DNA from: an uncultured bacterium | Lineage (GTDB): Bacteria; Desulfobacterota_D; UBA1144 | Reading direction: 5' to 3' | Length of the DNA stretch: 64,000 bases | NCBI GenBank assembly: GCA_913050325.1 | Contig: CAJWZP010000001.1 | Coordinates: forward strand, 1,611 to 65,610 | Part shown: positions 41,271-51,318 of the stretch, in pieces | Layout: each line of letters starts with the position of its first letter | Numbering within the stretch: the first letter of the stretch is position 1 | Notes under the pieces: model-generated | The model's input: only the letters and a program-made list of their open reading frames with translations | Told to the model about the DNA's origin: nothing | The model's database searches: none | Made by a program: the position numbers and the translations under genes

Positions 41271-43196
41271 TTGAAAAAAATACTGATATTAATTTTATTA
41301 CTTTTATTTACGTCAAATAATGGACATTCTAAAAGTGAAAATTGTGATAATTTAGGCTCAAATCTAAAAAAGGCTATATGTTATCAAAATAAAAATAAAA
41401 AAGGTAAAGCTAATTATTTTATTAAAAAAGCTAGAGAAGATTATAATCAATTTCAAGATTTTTTTGATTTTTATAACTTTTTTTTATATAAAGATAAAAA
41501 AAATATTGAGGATATAGAAAAATTTAAATCATCATTTAATAAAAAGTATAAAAATTCTATCTTTTTAAAAAATATAGAGTTTATGTACATGAAAAAATTA
41601 TTTAATTCTAAAAATTATTTGAAACTCAAAAAAACTTTATCTAATTTGAAAAAAAATTATAAACTTAATAATTTTGATTTAGTTTATGTTAATTTTTACA
41701 GTGCAATAATTGATGATTACAAAAATAAAAAAAAAGAATCTGAAAAAAAATTCTTAAATATTTGGAGTAATTATCCAAACTTTGAATTTATTAATATAGT
41801 AGAAAATAAAATTTCTTCTAAATTAATCAAAACTGAATATAAAATAAATAGACTTAAAACTCTTTTCAAAAAAAACTTAATTAAAAAATTTAAATCAGAA
41901 TACAAACCTTACAATGAATCGATAGAAATACTGAGGGGAATAATATATCTCAGAGAAGGTGATGAAAAATCGGGTTTAAAAATATTAGAGAGAATAGCAA
42001 GTGGAAAAAGAGAGAATAGCTTAAACAGTCAATTGGATATAATTGCAGAAGCTAATTATCAACTAGCAATATATAATTTAAAAAAAATTGATAATAACTC
42101 TAAAAGTGCAGAAGATTTAAAAAAAATATTATTGAAGTTTCCAAATTTTAAAAGGAATGATCAAATATCATATTTATCAGCTAGATTATTTTCATTAGAT
42201 AAAAATTATAATGAAGCTAAAAAAATCTATGATCGACTAATTAAAACAAAATCTAAAAAATACCTATATGACTCATACTGGGGATTAGGATGGTCCGAAT
42301 ATATGATGGGGAACTATAAAGATTCCTTAAATATTTTTGCTTATCTCGAACAATCTAAAAAAAATTACTATAAGACAAAAGGAATGTATTGGAAAGCGAG
42401 ATCTTTAGAAAAATTACAGGATTCAAAAGAGGCAAATGAAATATATGATGAAATTTTAAAAAATTTTAAATATGGATATTATGTCTACTTATCTAGTGTA
42501 AAAAGAAATATTCAACCTAAAAAAGAAATTTTAAAAGTTAAAATAAATTCTCAAATTAATAGCAGAGCAAAATTTTTCACTGAAATTGATAGAGCAATGC
42601 CTGAATTAAAAATCTATCAAAGATTTATAATTAATAAATTAAACGATGAGGATATGGAAGCTTTTTTAGATAATTTAATAAAATTAAATGAGTTTAATAG
42701 TGTAGTTAAATTATCTTATCAAATAAAATCTAAAATAGATCATAAGTACCCATTTGCTCACAGTAAAATAGTTGAAAATTATTCAAGTTTATATAATGTT
42801 GATAAAAACCTAATTTATTCTTTAATGAGAGAAGAAAGCTTATTTGATGAAAATGCTGTATCAAGAGTTAAAGCAAAAGGATTAATGCAATTAATGGATA
42901 AAACAAAAAAATCACTCGAGAATGAAATAGAAATCGAATCCCGAAGCTCATTTGAACCAAATCATAATATAAAACTTGGAACATATTATCTTTCTAAATT
43001 AAATAAAAAATTTGATAATAATTTTTTTAAAGTCATTGCTTCTTACAATGCGGGTCCACATAATGTATTAAAATGGAATGAAAGATTTAAAGGTTTAGAT
43101 GATGATGAATTCGTTGAAAATATACCGTTCAAAGAAACATACGGATATGTTAAAAGAGTATTGAGGTCTTATTATATATATCAGTCTATTAATTAG
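41271..43196 (+). CDS. secreted lytic transglycosylase (Slt-domain) with N-terminal TPR/superhelical region
   Basis: 641 aa with a TTG start and a signal peptide. The C-terminal SLT domain has the catalytic E in MREESLFDE plus AKGLMQL and YNAGP motifs. Confidence 0.75.
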   Translation: MKKILILILLLLFTSNNGHSKSENCDNLGSNLKKAICYQNKNKKGKANYFIKKAREDYNQFQDFFDFYNFFLYKDKKNIEDIEKFKSSFNKKYKNSIFLKNIEFMYMKKLFNSKNYLKLKKTLSNLKKNYKLNNFDLVYVNFYSAIIDDYKNKKKESEKKFLNIWSNYPNFEFINIVENKISSKLIKTEYKINRLKTLFKKNLIKKFKSEYKPYNESIEILRGIIYLREGDEKSGLKILERIASGKRENSLNSQLDIIAEANYQLAIYNLKKIDNNSKSAEDLKKILLKFPNFKRNDQISYLSARLFSLDKNYNEAKKIYDRLIKTKSKKYLYDSYWGLGWSEYMMGNYKDSLNIFAYLEQSKKNYYKTKGMYWKARSLEKLQDSKEANEIYDEILKNFKYGYYVYLSSVKRNIQPKKEILKVKINSQINSRAKFFTEIDRAMPELKIYQRFIINKLNDEDMEAFLDNLIKLNEFNSVVKLSYQIKSKIDHKYPFAHSKIVENYSSLYNVDKNLIYSLMREESLFDENAVSRVKAKGLMQLMDKTKKSLENEIEIESRSSFEPNHNIKLGTYYLSKLNKKFDNNFFKVIASYNAGPHNVLKWNERFKGLDDDEFVENIPFKETYGYVKRVLRSYYIYQSIN

Positions 43197-43797
43197 AGAG
43201 CTTAGAAAAGTTATCCAAAACTTTTAATCCTATAGAACTACTTTTTTCAGGATGGAATTGTGTAGCAAAAATATTTTCTTTATTTATTGAAGATGAAAAC
43301 TCCTGCCCATATTCAGATTTTGTAAGAGTTAAAGTTTGATCAATCTTAAATTTAAATGAGTGAACAAAATACATCCAAGATTCATTATTAATACCTTGTA
43401 AAAATTCTGATTTTTTTTCAATAAAAATCTTATTCCATCCCATGTGGGGAATTTTTAACTTTTTATCAAAATTTATTTTATCAATAGAGCCATCAAAAAT
43501 TCCAAGGCCAGGGACTTCTGGAGATTCTTCACTTTTTGAAAATAAAATTTGAAGACCTAAACATATACCCAAAAAAAACTTACCAGATTTAATCGAATCA
43601 GTAATCGGCTTAATTAATTTTCTTCTATCAAGTTCTTTCATACAATCCCCAAATGAGCCAACTCCTGGAAAGACAATTGAATTAGCATCCATTATTTTAT
43701 CAGGATTGTTAGTTATGACGGAATCAATATTCAACAATTTAAATGCTTTATGAACTGATTTAAGATTACCTAAACCATAATCTACAACGGCTATCAT
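43189..43797 (-). CDS. hisH: imidazole glycerol phosphate synthase glutamine amidotransferase subunit
   Basis: 202 aa with the N-terminus MIAVVDYGLGNLKSV and the catalytic GICLGLQ. Confidence 0.9.
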   Translation of the reverse strand: MIAVVDYGLGNLKSVHKAFKLLNIDSVITNNPDKIMDANSIVFPGVGSFGDCMKELDRRKLIKPITDSIKSGKFFLGICLGLQILFSKSEESPEVPGLGIFDGSIDKINFDKKLKIPHMGWNKIFIEKKSEFLQGINNESWMYFVHSFKFKIDQTLTLTKSEYGQEFSSSINKENIFATQFHPEKSSSIGLKVLDNFSKLSN

Positions 43798-44381
43798 AAA
43801 TTTCCTTTAGTGGATGGAATAGAATCAGAACGAGAGTCAATTTGGGTAGCTATATCTAAGGATCTTGCTACTGATTTAAATATTGATTCTATTATATGAT
43901 GATTATTGGATCCATATTTAGTATTTATATGTATATTTGCTTTAATATTATTTGTAAAACTTTGAAAAAATTCTTTAGTTAATTCAATATCAAACTCACC
44001 AACTTTTCCATTATTTAAGTCAACATCAAAAATAAAGAAAGGTCTACCACTCAGATCAATATCTGATGAAGATAGTGTTTCATCAAATGGGACCGAGAAA
44101 GAGCCATATCTTTTTATAGATTTCTTATCGCCCAATGCTTCATTAAATGCTTCTCCTAATGCAATGCCAACATCCTCAACAGTATGATGGAAATCAATTT
44201 CTGTATCACCTGATGCTTTTATATTAAGATCAAAAAGTCCATGCTTTGATAGCTGCTCTAGCATATGATCAAAAAAGGGTATGCCAGTATCTATATTATA
44301 TAAACCCTTGCCATCAATATTTAATTCTACTGAAACATCAACTTCACTAGTTTTTCTTTTTACAATTGACTTACGAGACAT
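43794..44381 (-). CDS. hisB: imidazoleglycerol-phosphate dehydratase
   Basis: 195 aa with HHTVEDVGIALG and NNHHIIES motifs. Confidence 0.9.
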   Translation of the reverse strand: MSRKSIVKRKTSEVDVSVELNIDGKGLYNIDTGIPFFDHMLEQLSKHGLFDLNIKASGDTEIDFHHTVEDVGIALGEAFNEALGDKKSIKRYGSFSVPFDETLSSSDIDLSGRPFFIFDVDLNNGKVGEFDIELTKEFFQSFTNNIKANIHINTKYGSNNHHIIESIFKSVARSLDIATQIDSRSDSIPSTKGNL

Positions 44382-44424
44382 ATTTTGATGTTAAACGAAA
44401 TATAATTAAAATTCAATTTAAGTT

Positions 44425-45399
44425 CTAATCATGCTCATCTTCTATTTCACCTACTATCTCCTCCAAAATATCCTCAAGGGTTACAATACCAGAGGCAGAT
44501 GTTTTTTCTCCTACTATTACTAAATTAAACTTTGATTTTCTTATCTCATTTAATAATTTTGAAGCTAAGCTTTTTTCATTTGTATACAATCCCTCTTCGA
44601 TTATTTCTTCTATCTTCATATCATCTGATTTACCAATTAAATATGAAGAATGAATAACCCCAACAATATTTTTGATTTTATTTTGATAAACTGGGAGTCT
44701 CGAAAAACCTGTTTTCTCAATGATTTTTTTGGCTTGACCTATTGTTGAATCTATTGGAAGTAATTCAACTCTATTAATTGGAATCATAATATCTCTTACT
44801 CTAACCTTATCAAATAAAAATATTTTATTTAGTATTTTATCTCTAAAACTTTCTGTTGAATCTTCAACAGAGGATTCAACCTCCAATGCATGAATAAGTT
44901 CTTCACGTGTTATCAATTTACTTTTTGTTCCAATTAATTTTACAATCGAATCAGTAATCAATCTTATAAATACTAATAATGGTTTAAATATTATGCTAAA
45001 AAAAATAGAGAAATAAATCGTCTTTAAAACCAAAATTGTACTTTGTTTTTGAAAAATTGATTTGGGAACTACTTGTCCAAAAATGACAATTAAAGGGGTA
45101 AGAATTAATACGGAGATTAAATGAGGATCATATTGTGGATAATTTCTTTGAATAAAAAAAGAAACCAATACTGTATTAATAACAATACATAAATTTTCAC
45201 CAACCAGACTTGTTGAGACATATTGTTCTATTTTATTAATTGATTTCATTACGAGTTTTGCTGCAGAACTTCCAGAATCTGCTCTTGATCTTATTTTAGC
45301 CTTATCACATGACAATAATGCAATTTCAGAACCAGCAAATAGAGCTTGTAGCACTAATAAAAATAATGTTATCAATGGTAAAGTAAAAAAGTTAATCAC
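44425..45399 (-). CDS. CNNM/DUF21-CBS family membrane protein lacking the CorC_HlyC C-terminal domain
   Basis: 324 aa with an N-terminal DUF21 (4 TM) domain plus a CBS pair. It ends ...EEIVGEIEDEHD. It is a tandem paralog of the next gene. Confidence 0.65.
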   Translation of the reverse strand: MINFFTLPLITLFLLVLQALFAGSEIALLSCDKAKIRSRADSGSSAAKLVMKSINKIEQYVSTSLVGENLCIVINTVLVSFFIQRNYPQYDPHLISVLILTPLIVIFGQVVPKSIFQKQSTILVLKTIYFSIFFSIIFKPLLVFIRLITDSIVKLIGTKSKLITREELIHALEVESSVEDSTESFRDKILNKIFLFDKVRVRDIMIPINRVELLPIDSTIGQAKKIIEKTGFSRLPVYQNKIKNIVGVIHSSYLIGKSDDMKIEEIIEEGLYTNEKSLASKLLNEIRKSKFNLVIVGEKTSASGIVTLEDILEEIVGEIEDEHD

Positions 45400-46704
45400 T
45401 TATTTTGATTCGCTCCTAATTAAAATTTTAGTAATTCTATTGTTAACTACTTCGCTAACTGTCATCTCAATTTTCCCATTTTTTACTTTATCTCCTTGTT
45501 TTGGAAGTCTACCAAGTTGATTAAAAATAAATCCGCCAACAGTTTCGATTCCAAGATCTTCCGAAATATAAGATGTTTCAATATTATCAGAAAGATTTTT
45601 TAATCCCGAATTCCTCATAACAGTAAATAAACAAGTTTCATTAAAATCTTTTATTTTTGTTCCACCATAAAGATATAAATCTTTACCAATATAAAAAATG
45701 CTTTCATCATTCACTAATTTTTCATCCTCAATTTCTCCAAAAATTTCTTCTAAAATATCATCCAGGGTTACTATTCCTTTAAGTCGTCCATATTCATCAA
45801 TTACAATTGCCATATGAGTTCTCAACAATTGCATTTCTCTTAGGAGTGGCAAAGCTTTCTTCTGGACTGGTACATAAAAAGGATCTCTTATGAGTGAGGA
45901 AATTTCTTCTGCCTTGTGATTTAATAAATCTTTTGAATATACGATGCCAACTATATTGTCAGTATCTCCTTCATAAACTGGGATTCTTGAAAAACCATTT
46001 TTCAGAGTTAGTTTAATTGCCTCATTAGTCTTAACTGTTGATTTAATCATAAATAAGTCTGGTTCAGGTGTCAGTATTTTTGATAATGGTATCTGGTCAA
46101 GTCTTAAAAAATTATCAACAAGTTCTGTTTCACTTCTCTTTACAAAACCTTCATCTTCACCGATATCAATTAGACTTGTTATGTTTCTTTTCGAAGAAAG
46201 TAAAGTAATATCTTCTCCTTTGAAATCAAAAAACTCAACTAGTTTTCTAGATATAAAATCAAAAAATAGGGTTAAGGGAAATAAAAACTTGTTAAGTAAT
46301 TCAATTGGCTTAGCGCAAATTACACTTAAGGGTCTGGAGAACTTTACACCAATGGTTTTGGGAATAATCTCACAAAAAATTAATATTACTATTGATGTGA
46401 TTAAAATTGCAACAATAGATATCAACTCTTCAGATAATGTATTTCTTAAAACTTGATCTAACTTTGCAGAAATTAAACTCGTAATAGTAACATTTAAAAT
46501 CTCATCCATTAATAAGATAGTTGCTATTATGGACGAAGGTTTTTTTATAAAGCCCTCTAATAACTTACCTGCTCTTGATTTCTTTTTTATAAGGTCTATT
46601 TGATATCTTTGTAATGAGAAAATAGAACTCTCAGTAATTGAGAAAAATCCAGATAATAAAATTAAAAAGAATATAACAACTACAAAAATATAAGCACTAT
46701 CCAT
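45400..46704 (-). CDS. hemolysin-family / CorC-HlyC (CNNM) transporter-associated protein
   Basis: 434 aa carrying DUF21, a CBS pair and a C-terminal transporter-associated domain (EEIFGEIEDE...). Confidence 0.75.
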   Translation of the reverse strand: MDSAYIFVVVIFFLILLSGFFSITESSIFSLQRYQIDLIKKKSRAGKLLEGFIKKPSSIIATILLMDEILNVTITSLISAKLDQVLRNTLSEELISIVAILITSIVILIFCEIIPKTIGVKFSRPLSVICAKPIELLNKFLFPLTLFFDFISRKLVEFFDFKGEDITLLSSKRNITSLIDIGEDEGFVKRSETELVDNFLRLDQIPLSKILTPEPDLFMIKSTVKTNEAIKLTLKNGFSRIPVYEGDTDNIVGIVYSKDLLNHKAEEISSLIRDPFYVPVQKKALPLLREMQLLRTHMAIVIDEYGRLKGIVTLDDILEEIFGEIEDEKLVNDESIFYIGKDLYLYGGTKIKDFNETCLFTVMRNSGLKNLSDNIETSYISEDLGIETVGGFIFNQLGRLPKQGDKVKNGKIEMTVSEVVNNRITKILIRSESK

Positions 46705-47696
46705 TAGAATCTGTGTAAAAATCCTCCCGAATCAATTTTTTTAACCATTCCGGATTTAATTAATTTAATAACTCCAGTATTATCAGTATTTCCTATATTA
46801 TGTACTTTGATTTTTTTAGATTTTATTTTACTTTCAAATACTTTCTTATCTTTTTCATCAACAGTAAATAAAAACTTATAATCATCCCCGCCATTCATAA
46901 CTAAATTTTCAATAGTTTTTTGATTGAAAAATTTGTACAAACTCCTTTCAATTGGGATTTTTTCCCAAATTATGCTTGCACCTAAACTCTTATCTTTATA
47001 TTTAATTAATCTTTTAAGATCAATTGTTAATCCATCTGTAACATCAATCATTGACTTAATTAAATTTGTAGAAATAAGTTTGTTTAATTTATGAATATTT
47101 AATTCAGGCTTAATATATGCTTGAATTATTTTTTTTACATTCAAACCTTCATACTTTTTTTTATTTTTTAAAATTTTTAAACCTGCAGAAGCGGTTCCAA
47201 GATTATCTGTTATATATATATTTTGCCCAACCGAAGAACCTCTTGAAATATATTTTTTTTTCACAACTCCAATGACTGTTAGGTCAAGGGAAAATTGTTT
47301 TGAAGATGAAACATTACCACCTATTAGTTCTAAATTAAAATCCCTTGCAGCTTTCTTAAAACCATAAAAAATTTTATCTATAATTTTTGAGCTTGTTCCT
47401 TTTTTAATATTTAATGAATTAAGAAAGAATTCTGGTCTTGCACCCATCGCTAGTAGATCACTAATTGCAACAATAACCGCCCTATATGATATTTCTTCTG
47501 GTTTTGAGTATTTAAAACTAAAGTGAACATTTTCAATCTGTATATCACATGATACCGCATACTTTTTATTGCCTAATTTTAATATAGAAGCATCATCACC
47601 AATATTATTGAGAAAATTCTTATTATTTTTCTTAAAATTTTTCTTCAAAATTTTATATATATAGTTTTCATCAAAATTGTTAATTCTATTACTCAT
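46704..47696 (-). CDS. thiL: thiamine-monophosphate kinase
   Basis: 330 aa of AIR-synthase-related fold. The N-terminal IGDDASIL and DVTDGL motifs are typical of ThiL. Confidence 0.75.
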   Translation of the reverse strand: MSNRINNFDENYIYKILKKNFKKNNKNFLNNIGDDASILKLGNKKYAVSCDIQIENVHFSFKYSKPEEISYRAVIVAISDLLAMGARPEFFLNSLNIKKGTSSKIIDKIFYGFKKAARDFNLELIGGNVSSSKQFSLDLTVIGVVKKKYISRGSSVGQNIYITDNLGTASAGLKILKNKKKYEGLNVKKIIQAYIKPELNIHKLNKLISTNLIKSMIDVTDGLTIDLKRLIKYKDKSLGASIIWEKIPIERSLYKFFNQKTIENLVMNGGDDYKFLFTVDEKDKKVFESKIKSKKIKVHNIGNTDNTGVIKLIKSGMVKKIDSGGFLHRF

Positions 47697-48808
47697 ATAT
47701 ATTTTTCCAAAGTATTAAAAAAGATATCAACATTTTCATTCGTTGCATTACAACCCATAAGTCCTACTCTCCATACTTTTCCTTTTGTATCACCCAATCC
47801 TCCACCAATTTCTAAACTTTCATCTTTAAGCAAAAGTGTTCTTTTATTATCAGATATATGATTTGGTAATTTAATTGTTTTCAACATAGGTAAAATATTT
47901 TTTTTATTTTTAACAAAATATTCAAATGGTGAATTCGCTAATTTTGATGAAAAATAAACTGAAACTTCCTGATGTCTATTGATTCTAGTTTCTAGTCCCT
48001 CTTCAAGACAAATTTTGAGTCCTTCATTTAGTGCAAATAACATATTAACGGGAGCAGTGTGGTGATAAATTCTATTTTTGCTGTGGTAATTTTGTAATAG
48101 ATTTAAATCTAAATACCAAGACTTTACTTTATCTTTTCTATTTTTAATTTTGGCCATTGCTTTATCGCTAAAAGTTATTGGAGAAAGACCTGGGGGTACA
48201 TTTAAACATTTTTGTGAGCCTGAGTAGCAAACATCAATTCCCCATGAATCAACGTCTAAATCTAAACCAGTAAAAGAAGTAACGGAATCAACAACAAATA
48301 TAATATTACTTAATTTAAGAAACTCACCAAGTTGTTTAATATCTTGTTTAGCACCTGTGGATGTTTCAGCATGAACTATTGATACAATTTTAATGTTTTC
48401 CTCATTATCAATAACTTCTTTCATTTCTTCAAAGGTAAATGATTCTCCCCAATCTTTTTTAACTACTACAACCTCTGCATTATAACGACCAGCAACATCA
48501 GCCATCCGTTCTCCAAATAGTCCAGAAACAAAAATAATAACTCTATCTTTATTTTCAATTAAATTTGCAAATGATGCCTCCATTCCCGCACTACCTGTCC
48601 CGGAGATGGCAAATGTGTTTTCATTGTTAGTTTTAAATAATATCTTTAAATTTTCCCTTATTTCATCTAAAGTTTTAAAAAAATCAGGGTCTAAATGACT
48701 CATACAGCTCTGAGATAGTGCATTAAGAATTCTGCAGGGAACATTTGATGGACCAGGTCCGAGTAATATTTTTTGATTTAGTTTCGATTCGGCTTCTTCA
48801 GAGTCCAT
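47693..48808 (-). CDS. class V aminotransferase (alanine-glyoxylate / serine-pyruvate aminotransferase-like)
   Basis: 371 aa with the N-terminus LLGPGPSNVP and the PLP lysine region SGSQKCLN. Confidence 0.8.
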   Translation of the reverse strand: MDSEEAESKLNQKILLGPGPSNVPCRILNALSQSCMSHLDPDFFKTLDEIRENLKILFKTNNENTFAISGTGSAGMEASFANLIENKDRVIIFVSGLFGERMADVAGRYNAEVVVVKKDWGESFTFEEMKEVIDNEENIKIVSIVHAETSTGAKQDIKQLGEFLKLSNIIFVVDSVTSFTGLDLDVDSWGIDVCYSGSQKCLNVPPGLSPITFSDKAMAKIKNRKDKVKSWYLDLNLLQNYHSKNRIYHHTAPVNMLFALNEGLKICLEEGLETRINRHQEVSVYFSSKLANSPFEYFVKNKKNILPMLKTIKLPNHISDNKRTLLLKDESLEIGGGLGDTKGKVWRVGLMGCNATNENVDIFFNTLEKYI

Positions 48809-48852
48809 ATTAAAAGTATAATTAATTTTTACAATCTTGGTATAATTAATTT

Positions 48853-49545
48853 ATGAAAACACTTTATGTAGATTTTGATGAAGATAAAATAATATCTAAT
48901 ATGGAAGATGTTGTGCCTCTATTTCCACTCGGTAATATGGTTTTTTTTCCAAATACTGTCATACCTTTGCATATATTTGAAGAAAGATATAAGCAAATGG
49001 TTGATGATTCTGCTTCAAGTCATAACTTAATCTGTATGACACTTATGAATGAGAACGAAAAGAGTAATGATGACAATGAAACAATTTCAAAAATAGGATG
49101 CGTGGGCAGAATAATTAGTAATGAAGAAATTGAAGAAGGTAAGAAAAACATAATTTTGTATGGTATTGGCAGAATTAAAATTGATGAAATAATATATTCA
49201 AAACCCTATAGACAAGCTAAAATTAATCTCATAAAGTCAATTGAAGCTAAAGATAATAGCGCCTTATATAAAAGAATTGTTGATTTAGTTGGTGAATGGA
49301 ACCTGCTTATTCAAGATTATAATGATAGTTATAAAATAAAAATAGATCCTAATGCAAACTTTTGTAAACTCATAGATTCTTTGTCATCTATAGTAGTATC
49401 AAGTTCTCTTGAGAGACAATATCTTTTAGAAGAATTAGATGAAGGTAAAAGAGGTGTTAGGCTCATTGAAGTTCTTGAATCAAGAATTGATTATTTAATG
49501 GGCAAACTGGAACTCCCTGATGATAAATCAAATTTAATTAATTAA
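48853..49545 (+). CDS. LON N-terminal substrate-binding domain protein (stand-alone)
   Basis: 230 aa with the LON_substr_bdg-like N-terminus LPLFPLGNMVFFPNTVIPLHIFEERYKQMV. No ATPase or protease domain is present. Confidence 0.65.
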   Translation: MKTLYVDFDEDKIISNMEDVVPLFPLGNMVFFPNTVIPLHIFEERYKQMVDDSASSHNLICMTLMNENEKSNDDNETISKIGCVGRIISNEEIEEGKKNIILYGIGRIKIDEIIYSKPYRQAKINLIKSIEAKDNSALYKRIVDLVGEWNLLIQDYNDSYKIKIDPNANFCKLIDSLSSIVVSSSLERQYLLEELDEGKRGVRLIEVLESRIDYLMGKLELPDDKSNLIN

Positions 49546-50112
49546 AAAATCTAGAACTTCATTATCGACTAAATGACTATTTTCTTTCCAGAAACCATGG
49601 CCGCCTGGGAAACCTATTACCTGTGAATGGTATATCTTTTTAGCTAGTTCAATTGATTTAGATGGATCAACTATTAAATCATTTTTTCCATAGACGATTA
49701 AAGTTTTGGCTTTTATGTTCGATAAATATTTTATGTTACTTAACTTTTCAATAGCTGAGCACTGCTTTAGATATCCCTCAACATCATCTTCATTATTACT
49801 AACCTTTGTCTTTTTATAATCTTTAAAATTTCTTATTACATATTTTCTTGAATACCCTAGTAACAATGCATTGAACCATAGTTCTTTTAAACCTACTTTT
49901 TTTGCTGTTTTTTTTGCAATATTAATTATTTCATTTCCTATTTCATCTCGAGAAGCTGATGTACAAGCTAGAATTAGTTTATCTGTCATTCTTTGATATT
50001 TAGCCGCAAAAACCTGGGCTATCATTCCTCCCATAGACTTCCCTATTATGTGAGTTCTTTTTATTTTAAGTGTTTTAAGAATTTCGAAAGTATTTGAAGA
50101 AAAAAGCTCCAT
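49534..50112 (-). CDS. alpha/beta-hydrolase fold protein; the in-frame coding continues upstream to about 50337 with no ATG
   Basis: The called ORF opens with the nucleophile elbow GKSMGG, so it starts mid-domain. The same frame upstream encodes ...FITLIGGLGSTISSWDKQ...FDNLGSGKSDFP, the oxyanion region, but has no ATG, GTG or TTG. An ATG at 50295-50297 lies one frame off, across an A5T6 homopolymer. Details are in the findings. Confidence 0.6.
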   Translation of the reverse strand: MELFSSNTFEILKTLKIKRTHIIGKSMGGMIAQVFAAKYQRMTDKLILACTSASRDEIGNEIINIAKKTAKKVGLKELWFNALLLGYSRKYVIRNFKDYKKTKVSNNEDDVEGYLKQCSAIEKLSNIKYLSNIKAKTLIVYGKNDLIVDPSKSIELAKKIYHSQVIGFPGGHGFWKENSHLVDNEVLDFLIN

Positions 50113-50315
50113 TGAAATTTTTTGTTTTGGAAAATCGCTTTTACCAGATCCAAGATTATCAAACGCTAAAATAGAAAAATTCTTCTTATATTTTTCAATT
50201 TGTTTATCCCAACTCGATATTGTACTACCAAGTCCTCCAATTAAAGTAATAAATTTTTTATTTTTATTTTTAATTAATTTATAAAAAATTTTTCCATGTT
50301 TAGTATCTAAATATT

Positions 50316-50723
50316 TTATTTTATACTCCTTAAATAACTATCAATTATTTTACAAGCAGATAACATATCTTTTACTTTTTTTCTTTTTTTTCTTGAAATG
50401 TCTTGTGAAATTAAAAAAGATTCAGCTTCATCTGTCGTAAAATTTTCATCCCAAAACTTTATATCTATTTTAATTACTTTTTTTAATTTTTTTGCGAAAT
50501 CTTCTATATAATCTTGAATTTTCAATCTTCCATCAGATTTAAAAGGAATACCAACCAAAATTAAATCTATCTTCCTGGTTTCTAAAATATTTAATATTTC
50601 CTTAATACTATGATCATCGGAAATATTTTCTATCTGTTTAATGGGATGACTAAACATTTTAAGCTCGTCAGTAGATGCAATCCCAATCCTTTTTATACCA
50701 TAATCAATTGCTAATATACTCAT
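50316..50723 (-). CDS. ruvX: Holliday junction resolvase-like protein YqgF/RuvX
   Basis: 135 aa with MSILAIDYGIKRIGIA and the RNase H-like YqgF motifs. Confidence 0.85.
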   Translation of the reverse strand: MSILAIDYGIKRIGIASTDELKMFSHPIKQIENISDDHSIKEILNILETRKIDLILVGIPFKSDGRLKIQDYIEDFAKKLKKVIKIDIKFWDENFTTDEAESFLISQDISRKKRKKVKDMLSACKIIDSYLRSIK

Positions 50724-50753
50724 CTTAATTTTTATATATTATATATTATTAAA

Positions 50754-51308
50754 ATGTTTTATGATTATGTTGATTCCATTTTTAATTTATTACATGTTTT
50801 TGTTATCTTATTAAATACACTAGGTTGGGTATCAGAGAAAACAAGACGTGTTAGTTTGTTATTTCTAATATTGACCATTTTTTGCTGGAGCATAATGGGC
50901 TTATTCTTTGGTATTGGTTTTTGCCCTCTGACATATTTACATTCTGAATATCTTAATTTTAAATACAGTTACATTCTTCCATTTTCATATATGGATCATT
51001 TTATTATTAACATTATTGATTTTAATATATCTAGTAAAATAATTTCTATAGTGAGTATCACTTTTGTCTTTTTGTCTTTGTATATAAATTTAAAAAAATC
51101 TTTTTTATTAAATAAATATATAATTTTATTTATCTTATTAAATGGAATATCTTCTTTATTCGTTGTAAGTTTTTATGATTTGGGATATTTGGGATCATTT
51201 AAAGATTTTCCAATAATTATTTCTTTTATTTTATCAACTATTATGATTATATTAATTTTTACAAAAGTGAAACTATTTAATCAAAAATATTCAAGGATTA
51301 AAGTATAA
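50754..51308 (+). CDS. DUF2784-family membrane protein
   Basis: 184 aa with 4-5 TM segments and the GIGFCPLTYLHSEYL motif, which resembles the DUF2784 CPLT signature. Confidence 0.55.
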   Translation: MFYDYVDSIFNLLHVFVILLNTLGWVSEKTRRVSLLFLILTIFCWSIMGLFFGIGFCPLTYLHSEYLNFKYSYILPFSYMDHFIINIIDFNISSKIISIVSITFVFLSLYINLKKSFLLNKYIILFILLNGISSLFVVSFYDLGYLGSFKDFPIIISFILSTIMIILIFTKVKLFNQKYSRIKV

Positions 51309-51318
51309 TTATATTCTT

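Noticed and set aside
50283-50297. Programmed -1 ribosomal frameshift at the A/T homopolymer of the hydrolase gene
   Set aside because: The sequence does not fit an X XXY YYZ slippery heptamer in the ATG frame. The required shift is more simply explained by a 1-nt indel or assembly error, or by pseudogenisation.
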